Shown here: in pieces, positions 12,291 through 25,689 of the stretch
Position numbering within the stretch: the stretch's first letter is position 1
Layout: each line of letters begins with the position of its first letter
NCBI RefSeq assembly: GCF_009914755.1
Contig: NC_060945.1
Strand: one strand, 5' to 3'
Length of the DNA: 64,000 nt
Origin: the human T2T-CHM13v2.0 reference genome, Homo sapiens
Position numbers and translations under genes: made by a program
Notes under the pieces: model-generated
Seen by the model: only the letters and a program-made list of their open reading frames with translations
The model's database searches: none
Told to the model about the DNA's origin: nothing

Positions 12291-15200
12291 ATGACAGGAT
12301 CAAAATCACACATAACAATATTAACCTTAAATGTAAATGGGCTAAATGCCCCAATTAAAAGACACAGACTGGCAAATTGGATAAAAAGTAAAGACCCATT
12401 GGTGTGCTGTATTGAGGAGACACATCTCACGTGCAAAGACACACAGGGGCTCAAAATAAATGGATGGAGGAATATTTACCAAACAAATGGAAAGCAAAAA
12501 AAAAAAAAAAAAAAAAAAGGGTTGCAATCCTAGTCTCTGATAAAACAGACTTTAAACCAACAAAGACAAAAAAAGACAAAGAAGGACATTACATAATGGT
12601 AAAAGGATCAATGCAACAAGACAAGCTAACTATCCTAAATATATAAGCACCCAATACAGGAGCACCCAGATTCATAAAGGAAGTTTTTAGAGACCCACAA
12701 GGAGACTTTTACTCCAACACAATAATAGTGGGAGACTTTAACACCCACTGTCAATATTAGACAGATCAACGAGACAGAAAATTAACAAGGACATTCAAGC
12801 CTTGAACTCAGCTCTGGACCAAGCAAACCTAATAGACATTTACAGAAGTCTCTACTCCAAATCAGTAGAATATACATTTTCTCAGCACATTGCACTTATT
12901 CTAAAATTGACCACATAATTGGAAGTAAAACACTCCTCAGCAAATGCAAAAGAATGAAAATCAAAACAAATAGTCTCTCAGTCCACAACACAATCAAATT
13001 AGAACTCAGGATTAAGAAACTCACTCAAAACTGCACAACTACATGGAAACTGAGCAACCTTCTCAATGACTACTGTGTAAATAATGAAATTAAGGCAGAA
13101 ATACATAAGCTTTTTGAAACCAATGAGAACAAAGACACAATGTACCAGAATCTCTGGGACACAGCTAAAGCAGTGTTTACAGGGAAATTTATAGCACTAA
13201 ATGCCCACAGGGGAAAGCAGGAAAGATCTAAAATCAACACCCTAACATCACAATTAAAAGAACTAGAGAAGCAAGAGCAAACAAATTCAAAAGCTAGAAG
13301 AAGACAAGAAATAACTAAGATCAGAGCAGAACTGAAGAAGATAGAGACACGAAAAAGCCTTAAAAAATCAATAAACACACGAGCTGGTGTTTTGAAAAGA
13401 TTAATAAAATAGTAGACCCCTAGCCAGAGTAATAAAGAAGAAAAGAGAGAAGAATCAGATAGACACAATAAAAAATGATAAAGGAGATATCATCATTGAC
13501 CCCACAGGAATACAAACTACCATCAGAGAATACTATAAACACCTTTACGTAAATAAACTAGAAAATCTAGAAAAAATGGATAAATTCCTGGACACATACA
13601 CCCTCTCAAGACTAAACCAGGAAGAAGTCAAATCACTGAATAGACCAATAACAAGCTCTGAAAGTGAGGCAGTAATTAATACCCTACCAACCAAAAGAGC
13701 CCAGGACCAGAAGGATTCACAGCCAAATTCTACCAGAGGTACAAAGAGGAGCTGGTTCCATCCCTTCTGAAACTATTTCAAACAATAGAAAAAGAGGGAC
13801 TCTTCCCTAACTCATTTTATGAGGTCAGCATCATCCTGATAACAAAACCTGGCAGAGACACAACAAAAAGAAAAGAAAATTTCAGGCCAATATCCCTGAT
13901 GAACATCGATGCAAAAATCCTTAATAAAATACTGCCAAACCGAATCCAGCAGCACATCAAAAAGCTCATCCACCACAATCAAGTTGGCTTCATCCTTGGC
14001 ATACAAGGCTGGTTCAACATATGCAAATCAATGATGAAAAACACATGATTATGTCAACAGATGCAGAAAAGGCCTTTGATAAAATTCAACACCCCTTCAT
14101 GCTAAAAACTCTCAATAAACTAGGTAGTGATGGAACATATCTCAAAAAAATAAGAGCTATTTGTGACAAACCCACAGCTAATATACTGAATGGGTCAAAG
14201 CTGGAAGCATTCCCTTTGAAAACTGGCACAAGACAAGGATGCCCTCGTGCTCAAAATAATATTGGAAGTTCTGGGCAGAGCAATCAGGCCAGAGAAAGAA
14301 ATGAAGGATATTCAAATAGGAAGAGAGGAAGTCAAATTGTCCCTGTTTGCAGATGACATGATTGTATATTTAGAATAACTCATCGTCTCAGTACAAAGTC
14401 TCCTTAAGCAAATAAACAACTTCAGCAAAGTGTCAGGATACAAAATCCATGTGCAAAAATTACAAGCATTCCTATACACCAATAATAGACAAACACAGAG
14501 CCAAATTATGCATGAACTCCCATTCACAATTGCTACAAAAGGAATAAAATACCTAGGAGTCCAACTTACAAGGGATGTGAAGGACCTCTTCAAGGAGAAC
14601 TACAAACCACTGTTCAAGGAAGTAAGAGAGGACACAAACAAATGGAAAAACATTCCATGCTCATGGATAGGAAGACCCAATATCATGGAAATGGCCATAC
14701 AGCCCAAAGTAATTTATAGATTCGATGCTATTCCTATCAAGCTACCATTGACTTTCTTCGCAGAATTAGAAAAAAAACTACTTTAAATTTCATATGGAAC
14801 CCAAAAGGAGCCTGCATAGCCCAGCCAATCCTAAGCAAAAAGAACAAAGCTGGAGGCATCACCCTACCTGGCTTCAAAATATACTACAAGGCTACAATAA
14901 CCAAAACAGCATGGTACTGGTACCAAATAGACCAATGGAACAGGACAGAGGCCTCAGAAATAATGCCACCCATCTACAACCATCTGATCTTTGACAAACC
15001 TGACAAAAACGAGCAGTGGGGAAAGGATTCCCTATTTAATAAATGGTGTTGGGAAAACCAGCTAGCCCTATGCAGAAAACTGAAACTGGACCCCTTCCTT
15101 ACACCTTGTACAAAAATTAACTCAAGATGGATTAAGGACTTAAACATAAGACCTAAAACCATAAAAACCTTAGAAGAAAACCTAGGCAATACCATTCAGG

Positions 15201-16067
15201 ACATAGGCATGGGTAAAGACTTCATGACTAAAACACCAAATGTAATAGCAATAAAAGCCTAAATTGACAATTGGGATCTCATTAAACTAAAGAGCTTCTG
15301 CACAGCAAAAGAAACTATCTTCAGAGTGAACAGGCAACGTACAAAATGGGAGAAAATTTTTGCAATCTATCCATCTGACAGAGGGCTAATATCCAGAATC
15401 TACAAAGAATTTAAACAAATTTACAAGAAAAAAAAACAACCCCATTAAAAAGTGGGTGAAGAATATGAACAGACACTTCTCAAAAGAAGACATTTATGCA
15501 GCCAACAAACATATGGAAAAAACCTCATCATCACTGGTCATTAGAGAAATGCAAATTAAAACCACAATGAGATACCATCTCATGCCAGTTAGAATGGTGA
15601 TCATTGAAATGTCAGGAAACAGCAGATGCTGGAAAGGATGTGGAGAAATAGGAATGCTTTTACACTGTTGGTGAGAGTGTAAATTAGGTCAACCATTGTG
15701 GAAGACAGTGTGGTGATTCCTGAAGGATCTAGAACCAGAAATACCATTTCACCCAGCAATCCCATTACTGGGTATATTCCTGAAGGATTATAAAACATTC
15801 TACTATAAAGACACATCCACAAGTATGTTTATTGCAGCACTGTTCACAATAGCAAAGTCATGGAACCAACCCAAATGCCCATCAATGATAGACTGGATAA
15901 AGTAAATGTGGCGCATATACACCATGGAATACTATGCAGCCATAAAAAAGGATGAGTTCATGTCCTTTGCAGGGACATGGATGAATCTAGAAACCATCAT
16001 TCTCAGCAGACTAACACAGGAATAGAAAACCAAACACCACATGTTCTCACTCGTAAGTGGGAGTGGA
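12291..16067 (+). pseudogene. L1 ORF2p remnant (APE endonuclease, reverse transcriptase, C-terminal domain)
   Basis: MTGSKSHITILTLNVNGLN start, [24 protein letters not shown] codons at ~14347, [22 protein letters not shown]; many frameshifts, stops and deletions. Confidence 0.95.
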
Positions 16068-16616
16068 ACAATGAGAACACATGGACACAGGGAAGGGGAC
16101 ATCACACACCGGGGCCTGTTGGGGCGTGGGGGGGCTAGGGGAGGGATAGCATTAGGAGAAATAAATGTACATAGGTTTCACAAACCACTATGGCACATGT
16201 ACACCTGTGTAATAAACCTGCACGTTCTGCACATGTATCCCAGAACTTAAAATATAATAAAAAAAATTATGAGCATAATGGTACAGTCTCTCTATTTTGT
16301 TTAAGGGGAGTATCAAGTCAGAGTTTAGAGTGAATTATTTCTTTTAACTGCACAGTGTGATTCGTGAAGGTCAGAGTTGAGGTTCAGTGCAGTCAGGCTG
16401 GAAAGGTAGCTCCTGGCAATAAGAAGAGTGTGTGAATAAATAAAAGACGTGAGCTGTTTCCTAAGTTTACTTAATATTCAGATTAAATGAAAATTATGAG
16501 CCTGAATGTAGGAGTCTGGAATGAATATGAGTCAAAGATCACATGGAATTAATGTATTATAAAATGATATACAAGATAGGTTTAATTAATCTTCCTCAAT
16601 CATTCTTATTTTTCAG

Positions 16617-16676
16617 ATCTTCAGGAATTTTACTGGGATAATTATCCAAATAAATTGCAAGCATTCTATCCAAATG
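16617..16676 (+). CDS. Candidate 60-nt internal exon of an unidentified host gene; phase-1 reading (D)LQEFYWDNYPNKLQAFYPN(G)
   Basis: Acceptor cttcctcaatcattcttatttttcAG, donor ATG|GTAAGC, length divisible by 3, two open frames (other frame IFRNFTGIIIQINCKHSIQM), unique sequence. Confidence 0.65.
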
Positions 16677-17654
16677 GTAAGCAGAACATCTTATTATGTA
16701 ATCATATTTGTTTATCCATAATTAATATAACTTTCTGAGTATTGAAATGAGAAACTTGATTTACTCTTCTTCACTCATGTTTTAATTTTTTTATAAGAAA
16801 AACTAGAATCACTAAAGAATTTCTTTTTATTTTATTTAAAAATTATAATCCTGAGATGCAAATATATGCCATGTAAGCCTGGGAACTATTTAATCACTTT
16901 ACTCTAAAATCTGGTAAAAGGTAAAATTTCTGAAAATAGGTGACTGGCAAACATTTTGTAAACAATATATAAGAAGAATTGTATATCAAAATATACACAT
17001 AAAACTATCTTTTCAGATAATTATGTATCATTTATTTTCTTATAGCGAAATTATAAAAATACAACCTATAGCCTTCCATAGATACATAATTAACTATGTT
17101 TTGAAATGATATCCAATTCAGTACCCTCATACATTTGAAACTTTGATAAGCTGGTCTATCTTCACTTTGGGGATCATCTTCATTAAGAGTTTGTTTTCTC
17201 AAGTTTTGAGGTAGGATACATGAAGTCATTCTTCTTCTTTATAATTATGTGGCAGGAACTATCTCCCTGAAAACTTTATGCTTAAGTTTTTGACAATCAC
17301 ACTGTCAGTCAGGTGGTGCAAAGTCTTTTAATACTGTTTAATATAAGGGAGTTGTCTAAAATACGGATAGTTCTCCATCTGAGCTCATGACCCAAGCAAT
17401 GTGCTTCAAAATTGCATTTATTGTATTTTTCTTATTACAAATGATACTATGTTCATAATGGATAGATAAATTAGATACACATAAATACAATTAAAAAGCA
17501 TATTCTCACCACCTAATGTAACCTGTTAACCTTTTGTATAAATTGGTGAATGGTTTCAGTATATGAACACACAACCTACTGTAAAAATTCAAGAAATGAG
17601 TGTGATGATGATGTAAAATGCAGGTTCACCTTCTCTGTCCCTACTTCCTCTGCA

Positions 17655-17850
17655 GCTTGGGTATAAATGCCTGCTCCACCACCTGTTCTCTGTGTGAACT
17701 TTGGCAAATCCTTTACACTCTCTGGGCTGTCCTTTCTCATCTGCAAAATGGAGCTAATAATACATACCTAGCTGAAGGGGTTGTCTTGAGGATGAAATAT
17801 GTTAATACAAGTTAGGTGTATAGAACAGTGCCTAGCTCATAAGTGTTAGA
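17655..17850 (+). mobile_element. MIR SINE
   Basis: tgtgtgaactttggcaaatc...tttctcatctgcaaaatggagctaataa...ttgaggatgaaat...agaacagtgccta. Confidence 0.85.
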
Positions 17851-17899
17851 TATTACAAAATTACCTATTGTATTTGAATTATTTTTTAGAATTCTTAAG

Positions 17900-19620
17900 A
17901 TGTGCCTATTTTGTATACTTATATCTCATTTAGCTCTTTATTAATGGCAATTATTCTTCAGTTAGTTATTTTGTGGTTCCAGATAGAATATCATATTTTC
18001 TAAAAACAATAACAATTTTAGATACTTTTATTTTTTTCCTTTTTAGCATCATACTTTTTTCTATTTTGAGTTCACTACTTATTGCCTTGGCTATGTCTTT
18101 CGGTGCAACATGAAATAACTGAATAATTCTTTGTTCTTTCTGATTTTATTAGGAATTACTTTCATGATTATAATTTGAGTACTGTGTTGACTATTTGTAT
18201 AAGTTTTATTCTTTTTCTTAAGAAGTAATTATATTCTTAATTAACTATATTTGATGATCAGAAGTTCCTGTTGATGTTCTATAAATCTCAATTAAATATA
18301 AATTAATGTTTTAAAATCTGTTGAGAAGATGACTTGGTTCTCCTCTCTAGGTCAGCAGATTTGCTAATATTATGTTACTCTTGCATAGCTGGAAGCTTAC
18401 TTTTATTACATACCTTAGCTCAATTCCTTTTTGTTTACTTGAGAATTCTAAAGAATATTCCAAAGTAAGAATGATATACACTATTTTTTATTGCTTGATA
18501 TCTATGTGGTACTATTAAGGACGTTATATCCACATTGAACTTCACAATATTTTCTGTGGAGTTACATATATGTAAAAATTACAAATAAAATAAAAACCTT
18601 ACTGGTAGAATATTCAGACCACAGAATCTATTTTGGAGGTGAAATTTAGAAAAAATGTTTTATTAATTGTTCTTTGAATTTTGTAGGAATTCTACCTTCA
18701 TTGAGTTAATTTCTAGTCTGACATTTAAAAAGTATTGCTCATTTTGTTAAGTTTTTCATTTTACTGCCACATATTTATAAACTATAGTCTTTTGGTTTGC
18801 AAAGTTATTGTTGAATAGGTTTGATAGACTCCTCATCATTTCTAATTTTTATGTGTTTTTCTTCATTTTTCACTGATATTTGTGTCAGAAGTTTCCCTGT
18901 TTTATAGCTTCTCTCAAAAAGCCAAAAGTGGAATTATGTACTTGTTTGATATATTTATCTTCCTGATTTATTAATTCTGCTTAATACCTAGTGTGTGTGT
19001 ATATATATATATATATGTATGTATGTATATACACACATACACACACACATATATATATATTTATTTATTTATTATTTTTTTTGAGACGAGGTCTTGCTCT
19101 GTCGCCCAGATTGGAGTGCAGTGGTGCAATCTCAGCTCACTACAACCTTCGCCTCCCAGGTTCAAGCAATTCTCATGGTGCCTCAGCTTCCTTGGTAGCT
19201 GAGACTGCAGATGTGTACCACCATGCCTGGCTAATTTTTGTATTTTTAGTAGAGATGGGGTCTTGCCATGTTGGCCAGGCTAGTCTCAAACTCCTGACCT
19301 CATGTGATCTGCTCAGGTTGGTGGATCAAAGTGCTGAGATTACAGACATGAGCCATCATGGCTGTCCAAAACCTAGTCTATTTCTAATGCCATTTTTTAA
19401 ATTCTGAGATTTATTTCTATGAAAATATTTCTAAGTGTATCAGGTTGTATACACCAGGGTTTGAATATGATTGATTTTTTAAATGTTTTGGAAATATTTG
19501 AAAACAGTATGTAATCCTTGTCATAGACTTATTTGGATATAGTTCTATCAGTTCAGCACAGTTCATCATAATATTCAAATTTCGTGTTCTTATATTCTAT
19601 TTGCTGGACAGAGATGAGGC
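17900..19620 (-). mobile_element. Ancient L1M fragment, interrupted by an Alu
   Basis: T-rich sequence resembling degenerate antisense L1 ORF2; boundaries approximate. Confidence 0.45.
18993..19367 (-). mobile_element. AluS-like with compound (TG)(TA)(CA) tail extension
   Basis: Alu body 19082-19367; TSD aatacctagt (18983-18992) / aaaacctagt (19368-19377). Confidence 0.93.
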
Positions 19621-20114
19621 TAGTTTGTGCAAATTCTTAAAATGCCCAAGTGATCCATTTGGATTTATACAGTAGGCATAAAACTATTGAATATAAGCTG
19701 GTGAGTTATATGAGTAGACCCTATATAGGAAGATGAATCTTTGGGGGTATGAAAGATCAACTACAGTGGCGTACAACTAAGGCCAAATATAAGATTTAAG
19801 GATCTGTTTATTTCAGCATTTCTACTTTTAGGAATCTGACCTTAGAAATATCTTCCAGTCTTTGAAGGAAGGGTTTAGTGTTCTTAATCTTTCCCAAGCC
19901 AATTCCCGCCATCTTCTACTTTTCCTTCATCCAGTCCATTTCCTCCATCAGCTTTCCTTCTCAGTCCTTTTGTGACCTTCTGTGACATCAACTTCTTAAA
20001 TGTAAAATATAATGACTTTCTTGTCTCATGAATTTTATCCCCCACTTTTATTTTTAGAAACTTTGATATAGCTTGTAAAAGCCAAGACAAATTTCTACCA
20101 GAATTAGAGATATG

Positions 20115-20185
20115 GCATTCATCCAGCCAGCCATCAAACATTTTTGAAAACCAACTATCTGCTAGGCACCATGCTAAGAGGTAGA
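20115..20185 (-). mobile_element. L2 3' end fragment
   Basis: cattcatcc...tcaaacatttttgaaaaccaactatctgctaggcaccatgctaag. Confidence 0.6.
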
Positions 20186-20239
20186 AAAAGCTGCCTCCCT
20201 ACAAGAGATAGAACCTTTAACCTCCATACGAAAGAGCTC

Positions 20240-20930
20240 TTAATCTTTTGCTTGAATTCTCCAAAGTTCAGCATCTCCAACTGACATTAATATATTTTTG
20301 ATTCGATGATCTGAAGACAACCAAAACTTTAATGAGCTCAGTCTTTATCCCTAACCTACCTCTCCTACTATTTCCTCTCCTGGTTGATGGCTGATATTAA
20401 TCTGTGCTAGAAACTTAATAGGCTGTCAATATATAATCTTTATTTAATTAATATTTTATGCTGTATCTTTATTCTGTCCTATCCTTAATCAAACTTCATA
20501 AAAGTCCTATTGATCACATCTTTACATGTATCCCAAACTTCTCTTTACCTCTGTATTTATTACCTCAGTTTTAGGACCACAACATATGCTTTTTGATTTT
20601 TTATAAACCACTAATTATTTTTATATCCCTACCTCTTTTGTCCGTCAGCTACACTCCTACCAGAATTTGCATATTATCATGACAGTCACCCATTGAAAAG
20701 TTTTTATGATTTTCGTTTGCGTAGAGGAAAAAACCAAAATCCTCAGGATGCATTCAGTTTTCTTCACAACCCAGTACCAAGTTTATCTCTTCTCAATTTA
20801 TTCCCTTTCTCCATCTCCATCATCCTCATTCCCCTGAATTTCATCACATCTAATTAATGTGCATCATGGCTTCTTCATACTTAGACCATGTTCTCACACA
20901 TAGTGGGTATTCAACCAATGTTTGCTGGTC
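20240..20930 (+). mobile_element. L2 fragment
   Basis: Pyrimidine-rich L2-like sequence ending acatagtgggtattcaaccaatgtttgctg. Confidence 0.5.
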
Positions 20931-23111
20931 ATTATTTTGAAAAGGCAAAGGGCTAGATTAAGCAGGAGCATATGATCAATCACCTGAGTGGGTCAGACTG
21001 AGAAGACAGTTTAGTTGTTTAGTTGATAACTTATTGGAACTCTTGAAGTTTTATATTAGAATACCATGGAAATGGAATTCATAAATACAACTTAGAAATG
21101 ACCTAGTCTAAGCTATGTTTCCTGAATGTTGAGACCTGAAGTATCAGGGACTTGTTCAGAATGATAGTTGCAGCTGTTTAATACTATGAGATTTACTGCT
21201 CCCGAATCTGCGGCAACTGAGGTAAACAATGGTTTGAGTCCTGAGTAGGAATTTAAGAGACATGATGAACTGTAACTATTATTGATAGAAGTAGATTATT
21301 CTGACTTGATTCCAAACTGATTGCATACATGTAATTTACCTCCAAGGGTGTATAATTATGATTTTGCCTGAGGTATCTATATGGAAGTATTTATGAGGAT
21401 GCAATTTTCAGGGTTTTTTTTAAAAGCATGTAATTGGATATTTGATTTGTAACCTCTAAAATTAAGGTTAGAAATAGAGTCATGAGTGCTTCATGGAAGA
21501 CTTCAAATGGAGAGAGAGTGAATTAATTTAGTAGCTGCTTCATACAACTTGGCTCAAATAGAGATTGTAGTCTTTCTCCTAGTCTTTATCATATGAAAAG
21601 CAGCCAGGATAGATTTTCCTTGTTATATTTTTGTATAGTTGAAAGTTTTGAATCAAATTTTAAGTCTTTACAATTGCCTTTTTAAAATTTTAACTGTTTG
21701 TTCTTCGTTACTTCTTTCTAAATGTCAAGGTATATTTATTTACTCTTAATAATGTGATATGTAGTATTCCACAAACATTGTCAGTGACAAATCTTTTGAA
21801 CTAAAGAATAGATTGTTTGACCATTCCAGTAATTAAGGAAACTAGATTAAATATACAATGGTTGCACTGGTTTTTCAAACATTGATGAAGTAAACATTAT
21901 TCTCAATTGACTTAGTAGCCAGACATTCTTCTCCCAAGTCTTGAAAAATAAAATATTCAACTTTCTGTTCAGTTGAGTGGGGAGAGCTATAAATTTTGTT
22001 TCATAGCTTTGTTTATATTGTCTGCATTTCTCTAGATTTTATAGTTTTAGAACATTATAAGCCTTAGAAATTCAAATGCCGTTTTGCATTTAAACTTATG
22101 AAAAATAATTTAGGCCCACACTGAAGATCTGTGAACACTTTTCTTCCAAAGAGGGGTCGTACTGTTTAAGTTTGAGAAACACTGTATGAAACTAGTAGCT
22201 TAAAATATCCCTTTTCTAAATGTTAAGATGGTTCCTATTGTACAAGGGCAAGTTTCTGAATATATAGTTATAAAGCCTATTGATATATTGGGTAGTGTTT
22301 TTTTTTGTTTTTTTGAGTGCATCTAACCCAATGTCCACATTGTATAAAGTGCCAGAGAGATTGAATGAATTATCAAGTTCGTGGACTAGTCAGTGACTGA
22401 CAGGACACAACTATAGTGATAAATATATACAAATAAACATGACAAAGTCATTCATAATAACTTTAATTATAACGAGAGAGTCGGGTCTAATCAAATTACA
22501 TACAGGAAGAGTTAAAATAACTATCTGAATATTAAAAGTAAGATAAAATTTTGCTTGATGTAGGCTTTCTGGAATATTTAAATAAACAAAATTCTGAAAT
22601 ACCCTCTAATAAGTATTTCTCTATAGAGAGGTAATTATATTTAACAGCAAAATTAACATTGATCTATATTCACTGTGATATATTTTAAATATTGTTTTGA
22701 AATACTATTGTATTTATACAATGCAAAGGAAAGATCGCTATTTTTATTAAAAGAATGTTTTGAAAAAATATTTTAAATTTTTATTTCAAAGTGACAGTTA
22801 TTCAAATGTTGAATATGATGTGTTTTGTCATATAACAATGTTGTAAAATATAAATGATTTTTATGTATAAATAGAAATATGTCATTCATCAAGTTATATG
22901 TAATTGGCCACAGCTAACTCTAAGTGGGAAGATTTTTTTCTCATCCTATTACTTTTTTCCTGAGTATCTCAAGACATAATGCTTGTTTCTGTATTTAGAC
23001 TTTTTTAGTTTCCCTTGTATTTTAGTTAGAATTATCTAATTGCTGCTCTTACACAAATGATGTTATGTGACTAGAGAGAGGAATCACGACTTACCTCTTT
23101 ATCTCCCTGTA

Positions 23112-23470
23112 GCCCCCTGTTTCTCAACTTTGGCTGCATGTTAGAAACACTGCAGAAGATTAACAAATAATCATGTATGGGTGATAAATCTTGATTTTAC
23201 TGATAGCTTTACATGTATCCACAACTTCTCAAATTATACACTTTAAATATGTGCAGTCTTAAAAAAAAAAAAGGAAAACATACACTTATCATATGACCCA
23301 CTAATCCCCCTACTTGGGGGTGGGAAGGGGAAAAGTGGGAGGGTTCAAATACTCAGGTCCCATTTGCAGATATTCTAATGTAATTGGTCTTAAGTGAGGC
23401 TCAGGCTCTGATATTTATTAGAAACTTCCCATGAGATCCTAATGTGAATTCAGCATTGAGAGCTTCTAGT
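23112..23470. mobile_element. MER5B-like hAT MITE, split by a ~170-bp insertion
   Basis: tttctcaactttggctgcatgttagaa... and ...gatattctaatgtaattggtct...gatcctaatgtgaattcagcattgagagcttct. Confidence 0.7.
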
Positions 23471-23516
23471 GAGTACTTTGCATATAAGTTCTCAAAAATA
23501 ATTGTTCTCATGTTTT

Positions 23517-23961
<445 letters not shown>

Positions 23962-24000
23962 TAATTGAATATGTTTTTTCTTTAATTACAAGTAATGTAA

Positions 24001-24330
<330 letters not shown>

Positions 24331-24977
24331 TTATAGGCATACATCTTTACTAAGACACATCATAAAAACACATCTGTGTGGTACTTTTGGTGCATTTTGA
24401 ATAAGGACTGAAAAAAGTTCACAAAGATTGGTCAGTTTGAAGTATGGAATTTAAATCACAGTTGTCATCTTATTAATGGCTACTATTTTTCTTGAAATTT
24501 CCATTTTATATGATATAGTAGTTTGCAAATCACTTTCATTTACATAGTATACGGTCATTTGAGTCATATTTATTTGTTTTGAACATGGACTTTGATGGAG
24601 ACATTCCCAGTTTTTTTTAATATAAAATTCATTTCTTTAAACATCAGTTTATAATTGAAAATTTCAGTTTTATTGAAGTTTGGTTCCAGACAGTTAAGGT
24701 TTAGTAGTGTTTGCATTTTTGTCTTTGTAAAAATATTTGCACATTTAATTTATGATTCAATTTAATTTTTCTGTTATGAACATGAGTGGGTAGCAGAAAA
24801 AAATTAGAGTGTAGACATTGGTAGTTAGAATTGTGGGTCTCAAAAATGGGGTATAATTGAGTTGACAATCTCATACTTTGTATCTAGAAGAGAAACTGTG
24901 GCAAGAAACATTTTATATTTATTTTTTGGTCTTTGGGTATAACCTTTATAATGTTAACCTTTTGGAATGTATATATT

Positions 24978-25633
24978 TTGTGAGTCAGAATACTATAGAC
25001 TATGCTGTAGTAATAAACCATCCCCATATTTCACTGATTTATCTCAACAAGGGTTTACTTTTCCTTTCTTTCTTTCTTTCTTTTTCTTTCTTTTTTTTTT
25101 TTTTTTTCTGACAGTCTTGCTCTGTTGCCCAGGCTGGAGTGCAGTGGCATGATCTTGGCCCACTGCAGCCTGTGCCTCCCAGGTTCAAATGATTCTCGTG
25201 CCTCAGCCTCCTGAGTAGCTGGTATTATAGGCGCCTACCACCATGCCCAGCCAATTTTTATATTTTTAGTAGAGGCAGGGTTTCACCATGTTGGCCAGGC
25301 TGGTTTCGAATTCCTGACCTCGAGTGATCTGTCCACCTCGGCCTCCCAAGGTGCTAGATTTACAGGCGTGAGTCACCACCCCCAGCAGGTTTACTTTTCA
25401 TTTATAGAGCAAGGGGTACTCAGCATGTTATAGTTACTTGGAGCCCAGACTCAGGGAGGCACCGTATTGACTCATGTGACAGGGAAAGGGACACTGATGA
25501 ACAGCAGTTCACTGTTAACACATGTCACATGGGTACTTCTCATTCAAAAGGGGTGAGAAAGTACATTCCTACTATGTGCCTGGGAGGAGAGGAGAATTGG
25601 AGTGTTTGTAAACGAGTCCTAGAGAGACCCACA
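24978..25633 (-). mobile_element. MLT1 (K/L-like) MaLR solo LTR, split by an Alu
   Basis: gagtcagaatactatagactatgctgtagtaataaac...caagggtttactt start and ...ggagtgtttgtaaac...ccaca end. Confidence 0.65.
25064..25386 (-). mobile_element. AluSx-like
   Basis: Full dimer; TSD ggtttacttttc at 25052-25063 and 25388-25399. Confidence 0.95.
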
Positions 25634-25689
25634 AACGTCTTCTGATGGATGAGATACCGGATGACAGCGTATCTTTTTCTTCTCAACAT

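Larger units (their letters stand above)
9889..16261 (+). mobile_element. Full-length inactive LINE-1, L1PA7-like
   Basis: 5' UTR start (aagatagccaaataggaaca...gcagctcccagc), ORF1, ORF2, G-rich 3' UTR, AATAAA at 16256 and short A tail; 16-bp TSD aaaaattatgag(tg/ca)ta at 9873-9888 and 16262-16277; end tatcccagaacttaaa fits L1PA7/8. Confidence 0.97.

Noticed and set aside
10185-15822. Minus-strand ORFs within the L1, other than the ORF0-like frame
   Set aside because: Antisense shadows of L1 sequence with no independent coding evidence.
16111-16146. G-quadruplex-capable tract
   Set aside because: Standard L1 3' UTR feature.
16041-16250. ORF reading through the lost ORF2 stop into the L1 3' UTR
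   Set aside because: Upstream ORF2 is broken many times, so the read-through has no plausible product.
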